DNA of 64,000 nt from Haliscomenobacter sp. (GCF_033763495.1 NZ_JANRKL010000115.1:29-64028), one strand, 5' to 3'. Counted from the first letter of the stretch, positions 36,146 to 45,602 are shown. Program-made: numbers and translations. Notes: generated from the sequence alone by a model not told the origin.

Positions 36146-37069
36146 ATGGCACTCTCACTGGATAAAATTAAATCGGCCCTGGAAGACGGCCTCCTCTCCT
36201 TCCCCATCACCGACATGGATGACCAAGGGGCCTTCAAAGCCGACACTTATGCCGAAAGACTGAGCTGGTTCATCTCACACGGGGTGTCCAGCGTATTTGT
36301 AGCAGGTGGCACGGGGGAGTTTTTTTCCTTGTCTGCTGCCGAATACCAAGCCTTGGTTGAAGTAGCGGCCAGCACAGTACAAGGCGCTACTCCCGTCATT
36401 GCCGGTGCCGGACGCAGCATTCCCGATGCAGTGGCCTGTGCAAAAATGGCCGAAAAAGCAGGGATCGACGCCTTGCTGCTCTTCCCCCCCTACCTCACCG
36501 AATGCCCGGCTGAAGGCGTGTTCAATTACGCCAAAGCCATCCTACAACAAACCAGCCTGCCCGTTATTTATTACAACCGAGGCAATGGCGTCCTGCAAGC
36601 CGATCACGTTGCCCGACTGGCCGAAGCTTGCCCCAACCTCATCGGCCTCAAGGATGGCACCAGCAACATGCAAGACCTGAACATGATCATTCGGACGGTT
36701 GGCGATCGCCTGTCCTACATCGGCGGCGCACCCACGGCGGAGATCATTTCGGAGGCTTATCTATCCGTTGGGGTGAATACTTATTCGTCGGCGGTGTTCA
36801 ATTTTGTACCCGAACTGGCCAATCATTTTTACAAAAGTCTGCGGGCGGGTGACAAGGCTATGGTGGAAAAAATTCTGCAAGTTTTTTTCATTCCCTTTGT
36901 ACAACTGCGCAACAAAAAAAACGGTTACGCGGTGAGTTTGATCAAAGCGGGTGCTCAAATTGTAGGGCGTAGTGCTGGTCAGGTTAGGGCTCCCCTCGTG
37001 ATGCCAAGTGCTCAGGAAGTGGCCGAATTGGAAAAATTGATCGAAAATGGGCTGGCATTGTTGAGCTAA
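36146..37069 (+). CDS. kdgD: 5-dehydro-4-deoxyglucarate dehydratase (DapA/NAL superfamily)
   Basis: Collinear similarity to KdgD as I recall it: GLLSFPITD, FVAGGTGEFFSL, CPNLIGLKDG, YSSAVFNFVP, NGYAVSLIKAGAQIVG and VRAPL. Confidence 0.85.
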   Translation: MALSLDKIKSALEDGLLSFPITDMDDQGAFKADTYAERLSWFISHGVSSVFVAGGTGEFFSLSAAEYQALVEVAASTVQGATPVIAGAGRSIPDAVACAKMAEKAGIDALLLFPPYLTECPAEGVFNYAKAILQQTSLPVIYYNRGNGVLQADHVARLAEACPNLIGLKDGTSNMQDLNMIIRTVGDRLSYIGGAPTAEIISEAYLSVGVNTYSSAVFNFVPELANHFYKSLRAGDKAMVEKILQVFFIPFVQLRNKKNGYAVSLIKAGAQIVGRSAGQVRAPLVMPSAQEVAELEKLIENGLALLS

Positions 37070-37095
37070 AACAGGACTCATGGTATCTTGTTGGC

Positions 37096-37629
37096 ATGGA
37101 AGCACAAGTCACATTTGCTTATTTTCAGTCCTCGGATTTGCCACTTTTGCTGGATTATTTGCAGCAGCTGAGTCCGGCTACCCGCAAAAGATTTGGCCCC
37201 CATCCTTTTGATGAAGCGACCATCCTGCGTTTTTACGCTGACCCTTTCGAAGTCTGGGGCTTTCTGGCCAAATCAGCTCAAACTGGAGCAATTGTAGCCT
37301 ATGCCCCGGTCAAACGTGGGTACCTGGAACACGATCGCCCGCGTTTGGAAGCCTATGGGTTGAATCTCAGTAAACACACGGACTGCACCTTTGCCCCCTC
37401 CGTAGCGGATAACTGGCAAGGCCAGGGTCTCGGCGGCCAGCTTTTCAATTTTATCCAGGCTGAACTACAAGCGCGTGGAATCCGACGGGTGATTTTGTGG
37501 GGCGGTGTACAAGCCAGCAATGCAGCTGCGTTGCGCTTTTATGAAAAAATGGGGTTTCGGGTTTTGGGGGGATTTGAATATGAGGGCGGGAATTGGGATA
37601 TGGTGAAGGAGTGGGGAGTGTCGGTTTGA
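37096..37629 (+). CDS. GNAT-family N-acetyltransferase
   Basis: Acetyl-CoA-binding motif WQGQGLGGQLFNFIQAELQARGIRRVILWG...NAAALRFYEKMGFRV. Confidence 0.8.
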   Translation: MEAQVTFAYFQSSDLPLLLDYLQQLSPATRKRFGPHPFDEATILRFYADPFEVWGFLAKSAQTGAIVAYAPVKRGYLEHDRPRLEAYGLNLSKHTDCTFAPSVADNWQGQGLGGQLFNFIQAELQARGIRRVILWGGVQASNAAALRFYEKMGFRVLGGFEYEGGNWDMVKEWGVSV

Positions 37630-37673
37630 TAAAGCACCTTGTTTTTTCACTTAAAAAATAATAATTTTGTTTC

Positions 37674-38093
37674 ATGGCAAAAGACCTGCATCACATCATT
37701 GTTCGAAGAGCCCTTGAAAAGGATGGGTGGACAATCACCCATGATCCATACTTGATTCGCAGGATGAATCGCAAGCCATATGAAGTTGATCTAGGTGCAG
37801 AAAAGTTTATCGCAGCTGAACGCGAATCAGAAACAATTGCGGTAGAAATCAAAAGCTTTCTTGGATCATCAATGACATATGATTTTCATGCAGCTTTCGG
37901 ACAGTATGGGGTTTATCGTTTTTTCATGGATGAACGAGATTCAAGTCGGCAACTTTTTCTTGCCATCCCAGAAGAAGCTTTCCAAACCTTTTTCTTAACC
38001 CCTGACATTGAGGCTATTTGCGACCACTTTAAAGTCAAGCTTTTGGTTTACAATTCTATTCAAGAGGAAATTGTAACATGGATAAAAAGATAA
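37674..38093 (+). CDS. xisH: XisH family protein (restriction-endonuclease-like fold)
   Basis: MAKDLHHIIVRRALEKDGWTITHDPY...VDLGAEKFIAAERESETIAVEIKSF is the conserved XisH N-terminal pattern. It overlaps the xisI start by 16 nt. Confidence 0.85.
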   Translation: MAKDLHHIIVRRALEKDGWTITHDPYLIRRMNRKPYEVDLGAEKFIAAERESETIAVEIKSFLGSSMTYDFHAAFGQYGVYRFFMDERDSSRQLFLAIPEEAFQTFFLTPDIEAICDHFKVKLLVYNSIQEEIVTWIKR

Positions 38094-38416
38094 AAAAATA
38101 CCAGCACTTACTGGAATCCTTTTTGCAAGAGGAGGCCAGTAGCAAAATGATTCCTGGAATCGAGTTTCAGGTTATCACCGACACGCTTCATCACCATTAC
38201 CAGTTGATCGAAACTGGCTGGTACGAGAAACAATTCATTCACAGCGTGCTATTTCATTTTCACATCAAACCCAATGGCAAAATATGGCTACTGGCTAACA
38301 ATACCGATGTGCTCATAGCTGAGGAGCTGGTGAAAAAAGGTGTACCTGCAGGGGATATTGTGATTGGATTTCATCCTGAGCATGTACGGGGGAGTACTGG
38401 GTTTGCGGTGGCTTAA
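38078..38416 (+). CDS. xisI: XisI family protein
   Basis: 112 aa. Y..LLESFLQE...HHYQLIETGWYEKQFIHSVLFHFHIKPNGKIWLLANNTDVLIAEELVKKGVPAGDIVIGFH matches the XisI family pattern. Confidence 0.85.
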   Translation: MDKKIKKYQHLLESFLQEEASSKMIPGIEFQVITDTLHHHYQLIETGWYEKQFIHSVLFHFHIKPNGKIWLLANNTDVLIAEELVKKGVPAGDIVIGFHPEHVRGSTGFAVA

Positions 38417-38437
38417 AATCAACTGAAAAATCAAATA

Positions 38438-39457
38438 ATGAATAAATCAAACATCCTCATTTTCTTATCCTTTCATCTGCTAATGTTTTGTACTAATAGG
38501 GCAGATAAACCCCAAAAGCCTTCGGCAAATATTGATGATTGCCCATGCATTTTAGATGACTTAACTCAAAAAAGTACATCATTTAAACAAATGACCTCGT
38601 CTTCTAGCAAAGAATTCAACGGAGAATTCGACCCTCAAATCAAAGGAGTAATAAATAAAATTATTGAAATAGATGCCTTAATAAAATTAAAATATTCTAA
38701 TAAAAATGATACTACCAATCTTGGGCACACTTTAACCAATGCTGGAGCCAATTACAGTATTGAGTTCCTCGAAAAATATATGTTAGAAAGAGAAATTTTT
38801 TGTGCAAAATATATAGCTTTTTGTAGAGACACGAGCATCAAAGATTCTATCAAAACACATATATACATTAATGAAATCAACAATTTTGCTTCATTCTTAA
38901 GGAATCATACATCTACCAACTCTATAAACTCACCTAAAACTTTTACACCAATTAAATCAAAACCTCAAATTCAACAGAAGATTATCGACTCCGAAATAAA
39001 TGGTGATAACATAAATTTAACCCAAGGGGATAATAGTGTTTTTGACAATAGAAAAACTTATGTTAGAAAAAAACTTAGCCAGAGAGAAATACCAAGAAAA
39101 ACCATTGAAGAAATAAGCATAGAACTTGAGAAATGTAAAGGTACAAATCTTGACATACAACTTTTAAACCAAGATAGCGAAGCTCAAAAACTGGCTACAG
39201 ATTTATTGGAAATAATAAAAAAGGCTTCACTAAAAAATGTAGGAGTAATGTATTCTTTAAGCCCTTCTGATTTTATGGGAATAAAGATAAACTTACAAAA
39301 GGACTTCAACCAATGCCATGCTCTTATTTTGAAACAATTGTACTATAAGACACCCGAGTTAAACTGGGAGGTTGTTTATCTTTCCGAAGAAACCAATTTG
39401 TTTGATGGAGTTCTGATCCAAATCGGTGGTAATCCCGAAAATTATGCAAAAGAGTAG
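38438..39457 (+). CDS. orphan AT-rich gene encoding a putative lipoprotein, no recognisable domain
   Basis: ATG start. Signal plus lipobox-like LLMFC. Asn/Lys/Ile-rich, 339 aa. A hand count gives about 30% G+C over the first 270 nt, against roughly half G+C in the flanking genes. Confidence 0.6.
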   Translation: MNKSNILIFLSFHLLMFCTNRADKPQKPSANIDDCPCILDDLTQKSTSFKQMTSSSSKEFNGEFDPQIKGVINKIIEIDALIKLKYSNKNDTTNLGHTLTNAGANYSIEFLEKYMLEREIFCAKYIAFCRDTSIKDSIKTHIYINEINNFASFLRNHTSTNSINSPKTFTPIKSKPQIQQKIIDSEINGDNINLTQGDNSVFDNRKTYVRKKLSQREIPRKTIEEISIELEKCKGTNLDIQLLNQDSEAQKLATDLLEIIKKASLKNVGVMYSLSPSDFMGIKINLQKDFNQCHALILKQLYYKTPELNWEVVYLSEETNLFDGVLIQIGGNPENYAKE

Positions 39458-39462
39458 CCCCC

Positions 39463-42400
39463 TCAAAACACCGCCCCAACCTGCACCCGCCCCACATTCA
39501 CGACCCTACTCTCTCCCGTTTTCCGGCCCTCATAACTAAACCTCAACTGCAAATTCTTTGCGATCTGCCGATCCAAACTCACATTCCACAACCAATTCGT
39601 ACCCGGCTGTAAACCATTCAAAATCGCAAAACCCGTTGGTGAATTGGCCATGCCTTGAAAATCGATGTTCACCCAGGAAACCTTGCCCCGTAGGGCCGAT
39701 TTGCTCGCCTTGGAGTAAGTAAAATCTGCACTCAGGTCGTGCTGCTGCGCGCCTATAGGCGTTTGCTCCAGAGTGTTTTGATTCCTTTGATAACGATACT
39801 GGAAAATGCTGCGAAAATCGGCGGCGGGTTGCCAGGTCAATTGGGGCTCGTATTTTTGGAATTGCAGGCGGTAGTCTTTGTTGTTGAAAGACTCCGAATC
39901 GGCGCTGCGCAGGCCGCGGGCCACATTGAGCTTAAGGCTGAGCACTTTGTTGAGGTTCCAGCGGCCCTGGATGAAATGCTCTTGTAGGGCGCGGCTTTCA
40001 AAACCGGTAGTTTGCACCAGTTTGCTGCGCGTATCGGTATTGCCGATCTGGATTTCCCATTTGGGGCTGGCGCGGTTGATGAACAGGATGTGGCGGCCAT
40101 TGGCACTAGCAGCGACCAGGTTGGTGTCACTTAGATTGAGGGCCAGGGGGTTCCAGTTGAAACCTTGCTCCCGGTCTTGCACCTTGCGACTGATGCGCCA
40201 GGACGATTGTAAGGCCAGGGTTTTGAGGTAACTTTTAATCCCCGTTTTGGCATTGAACCAGCGCGCCCGCGGGTCGATGTTGATGCTTTGGTTCCAATTC
40301 ACGTAGTTGTTGCGGATGTATTGGTCGGTGATGGTGGCCACCCGGATGTAGTTGGCTTGATCGGGGAAGGGTGAAATTTCCATTTCGTTAGGCTGAATCA
40401 CGCCATCGCGGTTGTACAAGGAGTCTTGCCAAATGTACAAACCTTCGCCGGGTGCCACCCGAATGTAGGTGAATTCGAGGCGGGGTTCCTGACCTGAACC
40501 CAATTCGTAAGTGGTATTGGCCCGCGCCAGCCCTTTCCACAGTGCTGCATTCACATCAATCCGGCCCAGCAGGGTATTGCCAGTATTGGCATTTGACTGG
40601 CTTTGGAAAATTTCCAGTTGCCGATAAGTCAGGTTGCCATTAAGTCCAAAGGCTTGTTTGAGTTGCAGTTTGCTGTTCCAGCGCCATTCACTGGCATTGC
40701 TGAGCGGTTGGTAAATGCCTTCGACGGGGCGGGTATCTTGTCGGTTTACGTATTCCAGCCCCCCCTCCCACTTGCGGCTTTCGGGGCTTTTGAGGTAAAA
40801 ACGTTGGCTAAAAAAGCGAAAACTGCTGCCCGTCAAAGAGTCCTGAGCCGGAGCAAAACGATCGTTTTGTTCCCCCTCGGCAGCCCAGCCTAGTGACCAA
40901 TTTTTTAATTTTTTGAAGGTTTTGTCCACACTCAGTTGGGGGCGAAAAAAGCGGCGTTCTTCCCCATTGGCATCGGCTTGCAGGCTACTGGCGAATCCCT
41001 TGAGTTGCCAGCCTTTCCAGGTACTTTCGCCGCTCAGTTCGTGGCGGGTGCCCTGGTATTGTTTTTCCCGCAAAAAAGTACTGAAGCCATAGTTTAGCGC
41101 CCCAACTCCGGTTTTACTCAGGCTCCATTCCGCCCGGGCAACTTGTTCATTGGCCGCAGTCACGGTGCCCTGCCCTTGGAAGTCAGCCAGACTCCAATCC
41201 CGCAAAAATTCCGGGTTTCGATAAGGGTTCAAACTGCGGAAATTGCGTTGCACCGCCTCGTAACTCAGGCGCAGGTTCATCTCCGGGGCGGCCGTTTTTT
41301 TACCCAACAATAGCCGTTGTCTAAACTGCGTAAAAGCTGCCCAGCCCGCGTCGTCTTGCTGATCGAGGGTAGAAAAGCGGTTGCGGTCGTAATGCGAGAG
41401 CGCCACTTCGGTTTGTAAACTGGTGTTTTGGTTCGGTGTCCAGTTTTGGCCTACGGTCACCATCCTTTGCTTTTGAGGCGTACTCAGGGCAATCACGGGG
41501 GCGTACTCGCCCATGGGCGCACAGGTGATGGGATCGGGTGGCACCCAGATGTACACCCGTTCGTTGGCCGTTTGGGCGGGTGCCAATTGGTAGTTTCCCT
41601 GATTCGGCCCCAGGAAGGAGAAGCTGGCGGTATACCTGGCTTTTTGTGGATTGTTGCTAAAAACGAGTACGGAATCGCGCTGTCCACAAGCCAAAAGAGT
41701 ATCCCGCAACTCGTAAAAGACCCGACTGGCTACAAATTCCTCCTGTTCGCGCAAACCTGAAGCTACGGCTTTAGCAGGGTCATCCCCAGCCAGTTGCAGG
41801 GCCATACGCTCCGACTCGCCGATGGAAAGCCCGCCTGTGGAACTGCGACTGTCTTGCTCCTGATACAAATTCACATAAGCCCGCAAGGTTGGGGCCTGGT
41901 ATTGCACCCCTGCGGCCACTAGGGTGCGCAGGTAGTTCTGATCTGCGTATTCAAACTCGGCAATGATGCGGCTTTCGCGGCTAATCAGGTGGCGGGAAGT
42001 AAAGGTGATCTCACCTCGGTTGTAGTCCACAATGTAATCCTGGTCTTGCCCACGTTGCAGGCGTTGACCGTTGAGCCAGATTTTTTCGGTGCCTGACAGC
42101 ACGATGATGAAGCGTTCATTGTTGGGGCCCCGTAGTTTGTAGGGGCCTTGGTTGCCTTCGCTGGAAGTGATTATGTTGCGGGCAAATTTACCACGGGAAA
42201 CGGCGATGCTGGCATTGTTTTGCAGACTGCTTTTTTCACCCAGTTTTTGTTTTTGCCCAAAAGTTGCCCCTTGCAGTTTTTTGTAATAGTTCATAAAATA
42301 GCTGTCCGGGCGATTGATTTCGTAATCACCGGCGGTGAGTTGGGTGTCTTTTTTGCGCAATTGTACAAATACGCGGTCGAGCTCCTGGAGTTGTACGGTA

Positions 42401-42978
42401 TTGCCTTCGGGTTGGATGGGGATACTTTCATCGGAAATGGCGGCGAGGATTTGGACGCCATCACCCAGGTCGCCGGCCAGTTGTAGGTTAAAATTAGAGT
42501 TGAGCACCAAATCCTGGCGGTTGCCAAGGGAGACGCCACGGGAAAAATTGCCGCTGTAGTTCAATTGACGAAAATCGACCAGCGGGCCTTCGTTGCGAAT
42601 GGCGATGCGGGTGCCGCCGAGGATACTGGGTTGCCGCAGCTTGCTGGTATCCAACAAACGGAAACTTTGGGAAAGAGAAGCGGGCAAAACCCGATAAGTC
42701 ATTTCAAAGGGTGGGCTCAATTGCGCCGTATCCACCCGCCAGATCAATAAGTTGAATTGTACCCGATACCAGGAGGTGTCCAGTAAGCGCTGGGTGTTTT
42801 TTTCGCGAATTTGAACCGTGTGAGGCAAAATGAGCAGGGTGTCCAGTGGGCGATTGTTTTTGCAATGCACAAGCGGAATCCTGCGCCAATTGCTTTGGGA
42901 CGATTGTTGAGCATGAGCGGACAATCCACTCAGCACAACAAATACCAACAGGCTCAGCATAATTCTCCACTCCCCCAT
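39463..42978 (-). CDS. very large (1171 aa) uncharacterised outer-membrane beta-barrel-type protein
   Basis: Signal peptide (MLSLLVFVVLSGLSAHAQ). Beta-rich and Gln/Asn/aromatic-rich throughout. It ends ...VGRVQVGAVF, a C-terminal Phe as in OMP sorting signals. No family confidently recognised. Confidence 0.65.
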   Translation of the reverse strand: MGEWRIMLSLLVFVVLSGLSAHAQQSSQSNWRRIPLVHCKNNRPLDTLLILPHTVQIREKNTQRLLDTSWYRVQFNLLIWRVDTAQLSPPFEMTYRVLPASLSQSFRLLDTSKLRQPSILGGTRIAIRNEGPLVDFRQLNYSGNFSRGVSLGNRQDLVLNSNFNLQLAGDLGDGVQILAAISDESIPIQPEGNTVQLQELDRVFVQLRKKDTQLTAGDYEINRPDSYFMNYYKKLQGATFGQKQKLGEKSSLQNNASIAVSRGKFARNIITSSEGNQGPYKLRGPNNERFIIVLSGTEKIWLNGQRLQRGQDQDYIVDYNRGEITFTSRHLISRESRIIAEFEYADQNYLRTLVAAGVQYQAPTLRAYVNLYQEQDSRSSTGGLSIGESERMALQLAGDDPAKAVASGLREQEEFVASRVFYELRDTLLACGQRDSVLVFSNNPQKARYTASFSFLGPNQGNYQLAPAQTANERVYIWVPPDPITCAPMGEYAPVIALSTPQKQRMVTVGQNWTPNQNTSLQTEVALSHYDRNRFSTLDQQDDAGWAAFTQFRQRLLLGKKTAAPEMNLRLSYEAVQRNFRSLNPYRNPEFLRDWSLADFQGQGTVTAANEQVARAEWSLSKTGVGALNYGFSTFLREKQYQGTRHELSGESTWKGWQLKGFASSLQADANGEERRFFRPQLSVDKTFKKLKNWSLGWAAEGEQNDRFAPAQDSLTGSSFRFFSQRFYLKSPESRKWEGGLEYVNRQDTRPVEGIYQPLSNASEWRWNSKLQLKQAFGLNGNLTYRQLEIFQSQSNANTGNTLLGRIDVNAALWKGLARANTTYELGSGQEPRLEFTYIRVAPGEGLYIWQDSLYNRDGVIQPNEMEISPFPDQANYIRVATITDQYIRNNYVNWNQSINIDPRARWFNAKTGIKSYLKTLALQSSWRISRKVQDREQGFNWNPLALNLSDTNLVAASANGRHILFINRASPKWEIQIGNTDTRSKLVQTTGFESRALQEHFIQGRWNLNKVLSLKLNVARGLRSADSESFNNKDYRLQFQKYEPQLTWQPAADFRSIFQYRYQRNQNTLEQTPIGAQQHDLSADFTYSKASKSALRGKVSWVNIDFQGMANSPTGFAILNGLQPGTNWLWNVSLDRQIAKNLQLRFSYEGRKTGESRVVNVGRVQVGAVF

Positions 42979-43247
42979 GCAGCAATAATCGATTTCGGAA
43001 TTTCTAACGTAAGATAGAGAGGATTTGGTTTGAAGATGCTGCCTTGATGAGCAAAGTGTAGTTTAGTGAACACAATAAAAGGAAATCAGAAAACCTGCCC
43101 AATGTGAACTAGATCACTGTTTCCCCTTTTTATCCACTCTACTTTTGTACCCGTTCGGTTCATACAACCTAAATAAAGTTTGAGTTGTTTCTGGGATACA
43201 TGAACGAACTTTCATATTTTCGTATCATTCTCTAAAGTCACCACACT

Positions 43248-44702
43248 ATGAAAGTAGAGCAAATCTATACCGGTTGCCTGGCCGAGGCAGCGTATTATAT
43301 CGAAAGTGAAGGCGAAGCAGTCATCATTGATCCGCTGCGGGAAACTAAACCTTACCTGGAAAAACTAGCTGAAAACGGCAGCAAGCTCAAATACATTTTT
43401 GAGACACATTTCCATGCGGACTTCGTTTCGGGGCACATTGACCTCGCCGAAAAGACGGGGGCAACCATTGTATATGGCCCTACCGCCGCTACGACGTTTG
43501 ACATTCACCAGGCAAAGGATGGAGAGTTATTGCAATTGGGGAATGTAAGCTTTAAGGTATTGCATACTCCTGGCCATACTCCCGAGAGCACCACTTATTT
43601 GTTGAAAGACGAAGACGGCGAAGATTTTGCCATTTTCACGGGTGACACGCTGTTCATCGGCGACGTAGGCCGCCCTGATTTGGCTCAGAAATCTGGCGAG
43701 GTCACTCAGGAAGACCTGGCAGGTTGGTTGTACGACAGTTTGCGGGAAAAAATCATGCCCCTTTCTGATGAGGTCATCGTTTACCCTGGTCACGGTGCTG
43801 GTTCAGCTTGTGGTAAAAACATGAGCAAGGAAACCTGGGATACTTTGGGTCGCCAAAAGCAAAACAACTACGCCTTGCGGGCCGACATGAGCAAAGCCGA
43901 ATTCATCCGTGAAGTTACCGCAGGTTTGGCACCACCACCCCAATATTTTGCCAAAAATGCCAAAATGAACAAGTCAGGCTACGACAGCATCGATGAGGTG
44001 TTGCAACGTGGCGCAACCCCACTCAGCCCAGATGAACTGGAAATGGTGGTTGAAGCCGAAGGAGCACTGGTATTGGATGTGCGTAATGAGCAGGTATTCA
44101 AAGACGGCTTTATTCCCAACTCTATTTTTATCGGTATTGACGGCAGCTTTGCGCCTTGGGTGGGTGCCCTGATCCCCGATTTGAAGCAGGCGATCGTGTT
44201 GGTTACTCCCGAAGGCCGGGAAGAAGAAGTGGTTACCCGCCTGGCTCGGGTAGGTTACGACAATACCCTGGGTTACCTCAAAGGCGGCATCGAAGCCTGG
44301 AAGGCTGCGGGTAAAGAACTGGATATGATTGAATCCATTGATGCAGCTGAATTGGCCAAAAGGATGGAAGCAGATCAGGTTGATCATTTGCTGGATGTAC
44401 GCAAACCCACCGAGTTCATTTCCCAGCACGCTTTGGTTGCCGAAAACATTCCGCTGGACTACATCAACAACAACATGCACAAACTGAATCCGCAGCACAC
44501 TTATTACCTGCACTGCGGAGGCGGTTACCGCTCCATGGTTTTTGCCTCCATCCTACGTGCGCGTGGTTTTGAACACCTCGTCGATATCAAAGGTGGCTGG
44601 AAAGCCATCGAAGCCGAAGCGAACATTGCCAAAACCGATTTCGCCTGCCCTACCAGCATTCCACAGGATGTGATTGATGAGGCGATTGCGAACGCGATAT
44701 AA
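43248..44702 (+). CDS. MBL-fold hydrolase (persulfide dioxygenase-like) fused to two rhodanese domains
   Basis: N-terminal metallo-beta-lactamase motif ETHFHADFVSGH...HTPGHTP. The C-terminal half has rhodanese-like modules, including the active-site-like loop YYLHCGGGYRS. Confidence 0.8.
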   Translation: MKVEQIYTGCLAEAAYYIESEGEAVIIDPLRETKPYLEKLAENGSKLKYIFETHFHADFVSGHIDLAEKTGATIVYGPTAATTFDIHQAKDGELLQLGNVSFKVLHTPGHTPESTTYLLKDEDGEDFAIFTGDTLFIGDVGRPDLAQKSGEVTQEDLAGWLYDSLREKIMPLSDEVIVYPGHGAGSACGKNMSKETWDTLGRQKQNNYALRADMSKAEFIREVTAGLAPPPQYFAKNAKMNKSGYDSIDEVLQRGATPLSPDELEMVVEAEGALVLDVRNEQVFKDGFIPNSIFIGIDGSFAPWVGALIPDLKQAIVLVTPEGREEEVVTRLARVGYDNTLGYLKGGIEAWKAAGKELDMIESIDAAELAKRMEADQVDHLLDVRKPTEFISQHALVAENIPLDYINNNMHKLNPQHTYYLHCGGGYRSMVFASILRARGFEHLVDIKGGWKAIEAEANIAKTDFACPTSIPQDVIDEAIANAI

Positions 44703-44708
44703 TTTGAA

Positions 44709-44788
44709 TGATGAGTAATAAATGATGAGTGATGAATTGTCAATGCAACGCTTCAGACAATTCATCACTCATCATTTATTACTCATCA
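44709..44788. repeat. 33-bp perfect inverted repeat filling the gap between convergent genes
   Basis: tgatgagtaataaatgatgagtgatgaattgtc (44709-44741) is exactly complementary to 44756-44788, with a 14-nt loop. There are no flanking U-tracts. The arms contain an internal direct repeat, aatgatgagt twice. Confidence 0.9.
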
Positions 44789-44793
44789 CTACA

Positions 44794-45525
44794 TCAATTC
44801 GCATTCACCAATTTCCCAGATCCCGACACGCTCACCTCTACCTGGGGTTTGCCGCGGTAGAATACGTCGCCAGAACCGGAAATTCTAACATTCAGGTTAT
44901 CACTTACGTTTACTTCGGAGTTGCCGCTACCACTTACACGGATATCTGCATCACGGGTTTTTAGCTGAAAAGCGAATAAATCGCCGGAGCCACTTACGGT
45001 ATGTTCGATACTATTGGCCTCGCCTTCCAATACAATCCTACCCGAGCCACTGATCCGGCTGAAGACATCATCGGCATTGAGGCCTACGTCGATTTTACCG
45101 GAGCCTGAAATGCTCAAATTGATGTCGTCAACATTCATGATATTGGTACTGGTAATGCTACCCGAGCCACTGATGCTCAAAGAGCGAATCCGGGGCATGG
45201 TGATGAAGATCGTCAAATCGTCCCGATCGTTTACACAGCGATCAAAATCAATTTCCCAAATGCCATTCCGTACGTCCGTTTCCAATTCAGCAATGATGTT
45301 CGATTCTCCTTCTACGGTAACTTTGAAACTTTCACCCTGAGTAATAATGACTTCTGCCGAAATATCGAGGTCGACACCCGTGAAGTCGGGCAAATTGAGC
45401 GTTCGAGATACGGTATTGCCATTGCCCCGAACGCATGGGCCAAAGCCGTCATCAAAATCAAAATCGCAGGAAAATTGCGTTAAAGCCAGCACTAAGCCGA
45501 AAGTCAAAAACAAGATCCTTTTCAT
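44794..45525 (-). CDS. DUF2807 / head GIN domain protein (beta-helix), lipoprotein-like
   Basis: Signal plus Cys (ALTQFSC). Repeated SGSG-containing rungs (SISGSGSITS, SISGSGKIDV, RISGSGRIVL, TVSGSGDLFA, RVSGSGNSEV, RISGSGDVFY, SVSGSGKLV) are typical of DUF2807. Confidence 0.8.
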   Translation of the reverse strand: MKRILFLTFGLVLALTQFSCDFDFDDGFGPCVRGNGNTVSRTLNLPDFTGVDLDISAEVIITQGESFKVTVEGESNIIAELETDVRNGIWEIDFDRCVNDRDDLTIFITMPRIRSLSISGSGSITSTNIMNVDDINLSISGSGKIDVGLNADDVFSRISGSGRIVLEGEANSIEHTVSGSGDLFAFQLKTRDADIRVSGSGNSEVNVSDNLNVRISGSGDVFYRGKPQVEVSVSGSGKLVNAN

Positions 45526-45602
45526 AACAGTCAGGTGTTTATTACAGAAAAAAATGGGTTGATTTCTTACAAGAGTCAGTCGAAAAAAAATACAGCTAAA
45601 AA

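Noticed and set aside
39463-42978. Naming the 1171-aa OMP as SprA-like or LptD-like.
   Set aside because: It is half the size of SprA, and I cannot identify the diagnostic motifs of either family by eye. I left it uncharacterised.
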